IMG/VR virus record: IMGVR_UViG_3300020593_000139
Span: 1 to 50,353 of that record
DNA length: 50,353 nucleotides
Source: a virus
Taxonomy: Duplodnaviria; Caudoviricetes
Direction: 5' to 3' (one strand)
Both the position numbers and the translations under genes were made by a program. Each line of letters opens with the position of its first letter. Position 1 is the first letter of the stretch. This document shows, piece by piece, positions 46,203 to 50,353 of this stretch. The notes beneath the pieces were generated by a model that saw only the letters and a program-made list of their open reading frames with translations, had not been told where the DNA came from and searched no databases.

Positions 46203-46732
46203 GCGTAGCAGGAGTTGCCATCCCGATCCTTGTGGACATCGCTGCCCGTCATGGCTTGCCGAGGCTTCGTGCCGTCCTCGGGCATGAGCTTGGTGCGACC
46301 GGCGAGGTGGCTTCGGATGTGGCCGAAACCGTCCTGAAGTCCATCGCTGCCGAGGCCGGCGTTCCGGTCGATAAGCTCTCCACTGTGCCGGAACAGGAAC
46401 TGGCAGCAGCCGCTGTCGTCGTCGAGGACAAGCCGGAAGTTATCGAGGCGTATGTGAAGCTCCAGCAGGAGATCAGCCGCGCTCTGCTGGCCCCCATGGA
46501 GGCAGGAAAGCCGACGTGGACTTGGGCATGGTTGGCCGCGTGGCAGTGGTTCCTGATGGGCTTGTGGGCCTACACATGGGTACTCGTGCCGGTACTGAAC
46601 GCGTCGCTGCGCGCTGCAATCCCGACTCCGAATATCTCCGATCTGGCCAATCTCACCCTGGCCTATCTGGCCCTGCACATGGGCGGACATACCGTGAAGG
46701 ACTTCGCGGCCAAGAGGTGGGGGCAGAAATGA
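46199..46732 (+). CDS. Probable holin
   Basis: C-terminal hydrophobic segments (WLAAWQWFLMGLWAYTWVLVPVL; LTLAYLALHMGG); overlaps the endolysin stop. Confidence 0.6.
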   Translation: MSVAGVAIPILVDIAARHGLPRLRAVLGHELGATGEVASDVAETVLKSIAAEAGVPVDKLSTVPEQELAAAAVVVEDKPEVIEAYVKLQQEISRALLAPMEAGKPTWTWAWLAAWQWFLMGLWAYTWVLVPVLNASLRAAIPTPNISDLANLTLAYLALHMGGHTVKDFAAKRWGQK

Positions 46733-47025
46733 CTGATATGGGGCTGATGCTATCGGTTGGCGGGTTTGTCGTCGCGGTGATCGGCCTCGTAGGAGGCATC
46801 GTCATGCGCGACCGGCAACTCCACAAGACCATTGATGACAAGGTGGGCGCGGTGAATGCCCGTCTCGATACAGAGACGGCGAACCTTCACAATCGGATCA
46901 ATCGTGTCCGTGACGACATGGTTCGGCACAGCGACCTGAAGGCCCACACCGACCGCATGGAGGGCATGCTGGCCAACGTACAGGGTCAGCTAAACATGCT
47001 TATTCAGAAACTGCTCAAAGAATAG
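46729..47025 (+). CDS. Small membrane protein with coiled coil (lysis cassette)
   Basis: N-terminal TM helix followed by a coiled coil; ATGA overlap. Confidence 0.65.
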   Translation: MTDMGLMLSVGGFVVAVIGLVGGIVMRDRQLHKTIDDKVGAVNARLDTETANLHNRINRVRDDMVRHSDLKAHTDRMEGMLANVQGQLNMLIQKLLKE

Positions 47026-47030
47026 TCTGC

Positions 47031-48380
47031 ATGCCAACACCACCACTTTCCGCAAATGAGCGGGAGCGTCGCAAGGAGGTAATCGAACAATGCCTCCGCG
47101 ACGGCTTCGCTCCTTTCCGTCATTCTACTGCCGGCACCAAAGGAGGTTGTGTTCGAGAAGCTGCGCGCCGGCTCGGCATCAGTGAGGGCGCGCTGAATGA
47201 CTTCATCAGGAAGGAAGAACGCACCAAGCAGGCCGGGGAACCAAACTACGCGCCAGACTGGTCGCAGTTCGTCCGGCCCGAGATCTTGGACCCGTCGTCT
47301 CCGGAGCTTCAGAGCAAGATCACGGAGCAGGCGCTGCGGGACGAGATCGCCCGTCTTCGGGCCGAGAACAGGGCGCTGGCACGCGCCAATATCGAGCAGG
47401 ACGCAATACTGTCCATCGTTGGGGCCATGGCTCAGGCCGAAACCATGCCGCCTGTGTGGCTCACGGAAACGCGTCCGAAGGAGCAGGGCGTCACGTCCGA
47501 GGTTCCGGTCGCCATCTGGTCAGACTGGCACTACGGCGAGCGCGTGGACCCTGCTGCGGTCAACGGCTACAACGAGTTCAATGCCGAGGTGGCCGAGGCC
47601 CGTATCCGCCGGCTTGTGAATAACACCATCCATCTGTGCAAGGATCACGGGCCGGGACTATACCCTGGCATCGTCATCAACCTGCTAGGCGACTTCATCA
47701 GCGGTGGCCTGCACCCTGAACTGGCCAAGACCGATGAATATGCCCGCATCCCGGCAGCGCTGCGCGTACGGGACATTCTGGTGTGGGCTCTCACAGAGAT
47801 GGCCGATCAATTCGGGAATGTGTTCGTCCCCTGCACAGCGGGCAACCATGGCCGCGATACGCCCAAGCCTGAATATAAGGGCTACCTCCACCACAACTTC
47901 GATTGGCTGATCTACCAGCTACTAAAGAGGCATTTTGAGAACGATCCGCGCCTGACTTTTATGATCGATCCATCAAACGAGGCATACTACAGCGTCCACG
48001 GAATCCGCATATTAGCTATGCACGGGGACATGCTCGGTGTGAAAGGTGGGGATGGTATAATCGGCGCGATCGGGCCAATCATGCGTGGCGAGATCAAGAC
48101 GAGGGGCCAATCCACTTCGCTTGGCCGGCCATACGATCTGCTGTTGGGCGCGCACTGGCATCAGGAGCTTTGGCTACCTCGGGCGATCATAAACAACGCT
48201 TTGAAAGGCTTCGACGAATACGCGAAAAACAGCCTTAGAGCAGTGCCGTCGCAGCCGAGCCAGGTGCTGTTTTTCATCCATCCGAGGCGCGGCATTACGT
48301 CCAGATGGAGCGTTCTTGTCGAAGAACCGAAGGGTGCGGAGAGCACCGATTGGGTGGCAATTCCCGCGCGAGTCGAATAG
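47031..48380 (+). CDS. HTH-coiled coil-calcineurin-like metallophosphoesterase
   Basis: VREAARRLGIS HTH; SDWH, LGD, GNHG, HGD, AHWH motifs. Confidence 0.85.
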   Translation: MPTPPLSANERERRKEVIEQCLRDGFAPFRHSTAGTKGGCVREAARRLGISEGALNDFIRKEERTKQAGEPNYAPDWSQFVRPEILDPSSPELQSKITEQALRDEIARLRAENRALARANIEQDAILSIVGAMAQAETMPPVWLTETRPKEQGVTSEVPVAIWSDWHYGERVDPAAVNGYNEFNAEVAEARIRRLVNNTIHLCKDHGPGLYPGIVINLLGDFISGGLHPELAKTDEYARIPAALRVRDILVWALTEMADQFGNVFVPCTAGNHGRDTPKPEYKGYLHHNFDWLIYQLLKRHFENDPRLTFMIDPSNEAYYSVHGIRILAMHGDMLGVKGGDGIIGAIGPIMRGEIKTRGQSTSLGRPYDLLLGAHWHQELWLPRAIINNALKGFDEYAKNSLRAVPSQPSQVLFFIHPRRGITSRWSVLVEEPKGAESTDWVAIPARVE

Positions 48381-48463
48381 GTGTCGTACGACTCCTGTCC
48401 GACACTTCGTCGTTCCGCATTACGAAAGTTAAGGGCTTTTTAGCTTCGTGATCCACAGGGGGC

Positions 48464-48492
48464 TTGCATAAACGCGCATCTGTGGTTATTTG
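48464..48492 (+). promoter_or_regulatory. Putative promoter of the XRE-xis-int operon
   Basis: TTGCAT-N17-TATTTG upstream of an AAGGAG SD. Confidence 0.45.
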
Positions 48493-48534
48493 TCGTAAAA
48501 AATCTACAAACGCGCAGCAAGGAGAATACGACAT

Positions 48535-48981
48535 ATGCCTCGCAGGAACACAATACATGCGGAGCCAAGCGGTGAGATCCCCGCTTACGCCCCCAAGGAC
48601 GCGGTAGCACTAGAGTTCGCTCGTCGTCTTCAAGCGGCCATGGCTGCAAAGGGATGGAACCAGAGCGATCTGGCCAGAGAAGCTACGAAATTCATGCCAG
48701 AAGGCAAGTCCGTGAACCGGGATAACATTTCGGTCTACGTGAATGTGAAGGCCATGCCTGGACGTGATCGGCTTGAGGCCATGGCCCGAGCTTTGGGTGT
48801 GGAAACTACGGATTTGCTGCCGAACGTTATGCGGCCAGTGTCGAAAAATGTGACGCCAACCCGCGAGGTAAAAGATCTAGGGGGTGGGCGAGTGTGGCTC
48901 CGCGTCAATCAGGAGATCTCATGGGCCGCCGCCATCAAGATCCTTCAGATGCTGGAGGAAGAAGCTAGTGCGGATAAGTGA
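48535..48981 (+). CDS. XRE-family transcriptional regulator (candidate repressor, no S24 peptidase domain)
   Basis: FARRLQAAM..KGWNQSDLAR...ISVY...MP...LEAMARALGV; only 148 aa. Confidence 0.85.
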   Translation: MPRRNTIHAEPSGEIPAYAPKDAVALEFARRLQAAMAAKGWNQSDLAREATKFMPEGKSVNRDNISVYVNVKAMPGRDRLEAMARALGVETTDLLPNVMRPVSKNVTPTREVKDLGGGRVWLRVNQEISWAAAIKILQMLEEEASADK

Positions 48982-49261
48982 GTTCGCCGCAGCAGTCGGC
49001 GTCTCTGTCAGGACAGTCACACGATACGTGAACGAAGGGAGGTTTGCCCCAACCTATAGGACGGAAGGCGGGCACATGAGATTTGGAAAGGAGAAGATCA
49101 GGGAATGGCTAGACCTAAGCGACCGGGGCCGTGGCTCGATACGAGAGAAAACGGAATCCATTACGCTTGTTGGTACGACGACCGCACCGGAGAAACAAAG
49201 CGCCTCAGCCTTCGTACGAGAGATAACGCTGAAGCGCAGGCTCGTTTCGCGGAATTTCTGA
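48968..49261 (+). CDS. Excisionase-like MerR/HTH_17 protein
   Basis: ISEFAAAVGVSVRTVTRYVNEG...RTEGGHMRF...IREWL; GTG start after GGAGG; overlaps int. Confidence 0.75.
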   Translation: MRISEFAAAVGVSVRTVTRYVNEGRFAPTYRTEGGHMRFGKEKIREWLDLSDRGRGSIREKTESITLVGTTTAPEKQSASAFVREITLKRRLVSRNF

Positions 49262-50202
49262 TCAAAGGGCATGAACTCCGGCGCGACCAGTCGGGGGCTC
49301 TATCCGTGGAAAAGGCACTCGACGACTACTACGAGGAGCATGTGCTGAAGAATTGCGCGCATGCCAAGCGCCAGCTGGACGCCATCACGCACCTGAAGGC
49401 ATTCTTCAAAGACGCGCCGGTGACATCCGTGGATGTGCCGAGCAGCCAAGCCTACACGGACGCCAGAGTGTCTGGCCAGATCGGTGGCGGCAAGCGCAGG
49501 ACGAAAAAGGAAGTTGCTCCCTCGACCGTCCGGCGTGAACTGAATGTGCTCGTGGCCGCGATCAATCACGCCAAGTGGATGAAGCGCACGACCTACGACG
49601 TTCAGGTGGACTACCCGCCAGAGAAGCGCCTTGGCCAGGACGACGAGGCACCGTTCTACGACCGGGAAGAACTGTTCCGGATCTTCGAAGAAGCCTCATC
49701 ATGGGCGGACGAGGAGAGGGAGAAGTTCCCCGAAGACAAGAATGCCGGCGAGATTGAGCCCTTCATTACGCTGCTCTACTACACCGGTGCGCGGCGCGGC
49801 TCGATCGAGAACCTTGGCCGCAGCCAGATCAGGATGGAGCAGAAGCGAATCATCCTGAAGCGCCCCGGCAAGATCGACACGAAAAAGCGTCAGCCGATTG
49901 TGCCGATCCTGAAGCCGATGGAACCGGCGCTGGAGTTCCTGCTGGCCACTGGCCGGAAGGATCGTCTGTTCAAATGCGCAGACTTCTATCGGCCATACCG
50001 CGAATTGATGAAGCGGGCGGGCATCCCTGACTTCAAAGCCCATCCGCACATCATGCGCCACACGAGGGCGACTCACCTCCTTCAGGAGGGAAAGCCGATC
50101 TACTCCGTGGCACGTCTCCTCGGAGACACACTTGCAACCGTTGAGCGAGTCTATGGACATCACTCAGCAGATCATCTTGGCGAACTTTTAGAGGAGGAAT
50201 GA
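49105..50202 (+). CDS. int: Tyrosine recombinase / phage integrase
   Basis: YTGARR, HPHIMRHTRAT, VARLLGD...VERVYGH; N-terminal arm-binding RLSLRT. Confidence 0.95.
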   Translation: MARPKRPGPWLDTRENGIHYACWYDDRTGETKRLSLRTRDNAEAQARFAEFLIKGHELRRDQSGALSVEKALDDYYEEHVLKNCAHAKRQLDAITHLKAFFKDAPVTSVDVPSSQAYTDARVSGQIGGGKRRTKKEVAPSTVRRELNVLVAAINHAKWMKRTTYDVQVDYPPEKRLGQDDEAPFYDREELFRIFEEASSWADEEREKFPEDKNAGEIEPFITLLYYTGARRGSIENLGRSQIRMEQKRIILKRPGKIDTKKRQPIVPILKPMEPALEFLLATGRKDRLFKCADFYRPYRELMKRAGIPDFKAHPHIMRHTRATHLLQEGKPIYSVARLLGDTLATVERVYGHHSADHLGELLEEE

Positions 50203-50203
50203 T

Positions 50204-50353
50204 ATGCTTACAGTCGCTGGCGGCATCCTTATGGCCCTTCTGATTCTCGTCGTCCTGGCCTGCTTTGGACCAATCATGCGAGCCTTGGGCTTGATAATAG
50301 CCGGAGGAATATTCGTAACGCTGCTCGTCGCAATGATGCTCGGAACAGCCTAA
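50204..50353 (+). CDS. Small 2-TM membrane protein (49 aa)
   Basis: GAGGAGG SD; MLTVAGGILMALLILVVLACFGP...; ends at the window edge with TAA. Confidence 0.6.
   Translation: MLTVAGGILMALLILVVLACFGPIMRALGLIIAGGIFVTLLVAMMLGTA

Larger units (their letters stand above)
3306..50353. mobile_element. Temperate podovirus-like prophage inserted at the tRNA-Glu 3' end (right boundary probably just beyond the window)
   Basis: Phage replication, packaging, capsid, short-tail/ejection, lysis and integrase genes run contiguously from the tRNA to the window end; no tape-measure or tail-tube gene recognised. Confidence 0.92.

Noticed and set aside
50203-50353. attR (duplicate of the tRNA-Glu 3' end)
   Set aside because: No match to GGGGTTCGATTCCCCTTGGGCGTACCA was seen after int; it is probably outside the window, so the tRNA insertion site remains an inference

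Overview
Alphaproteobacterial (probably Hyphomicrobiales/Rhizobiales, inferred from the DUF982, GapR and CtrA-like genes) chromosomal window. Host genes phaC (1-1839), an M15-family lipoprotein peptidase (2002-3150) and tRNA-Glu(TTC) (3231-3305) are followed by a ~47 kb, apparently near-complete temperate podovirus-like prophage running to the window end; the right att duplicate is not visible. The prophage has a PolA/DUF2800/DUF2815/SNF2/RuvC/Prim-Pol-helicase replication module, nucleotide-pool enzymes (HD hydrolase, DUF5664, ThyA, thioredoxin), a leftward cluster of small unknown early genes, TerS/TerL/portal/scaffold/capsid/adaptor/nozzle/ejection proteins, a coiled-coil tailspike, a GH108 lysis cassette, a metallophosphoesterase and an XRE-xis-int operon. 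The most notable unexplained signals are regulatory. (1) An asymmetric 16-bp motif (TTCGCAAAATCC[G/T/A]ACA-like) recurs at least 14 times in intergenic regions and is polarised with transcription. (2) A perfect alphaproteobacterial LexA box controls a small Cys-rich ORF, a candidate antirepressor, while no repressor has an autocleavage domain. (3) A receiver-less CtrA-like DNA-binding protein lies near a GapR homologue. (4) A promoter- and terminator-bounded ~130-nt structured RNA carries anti-Shine-Dalgarno-like loops. Family assignments come from motif recognition by eye; no searches were run.
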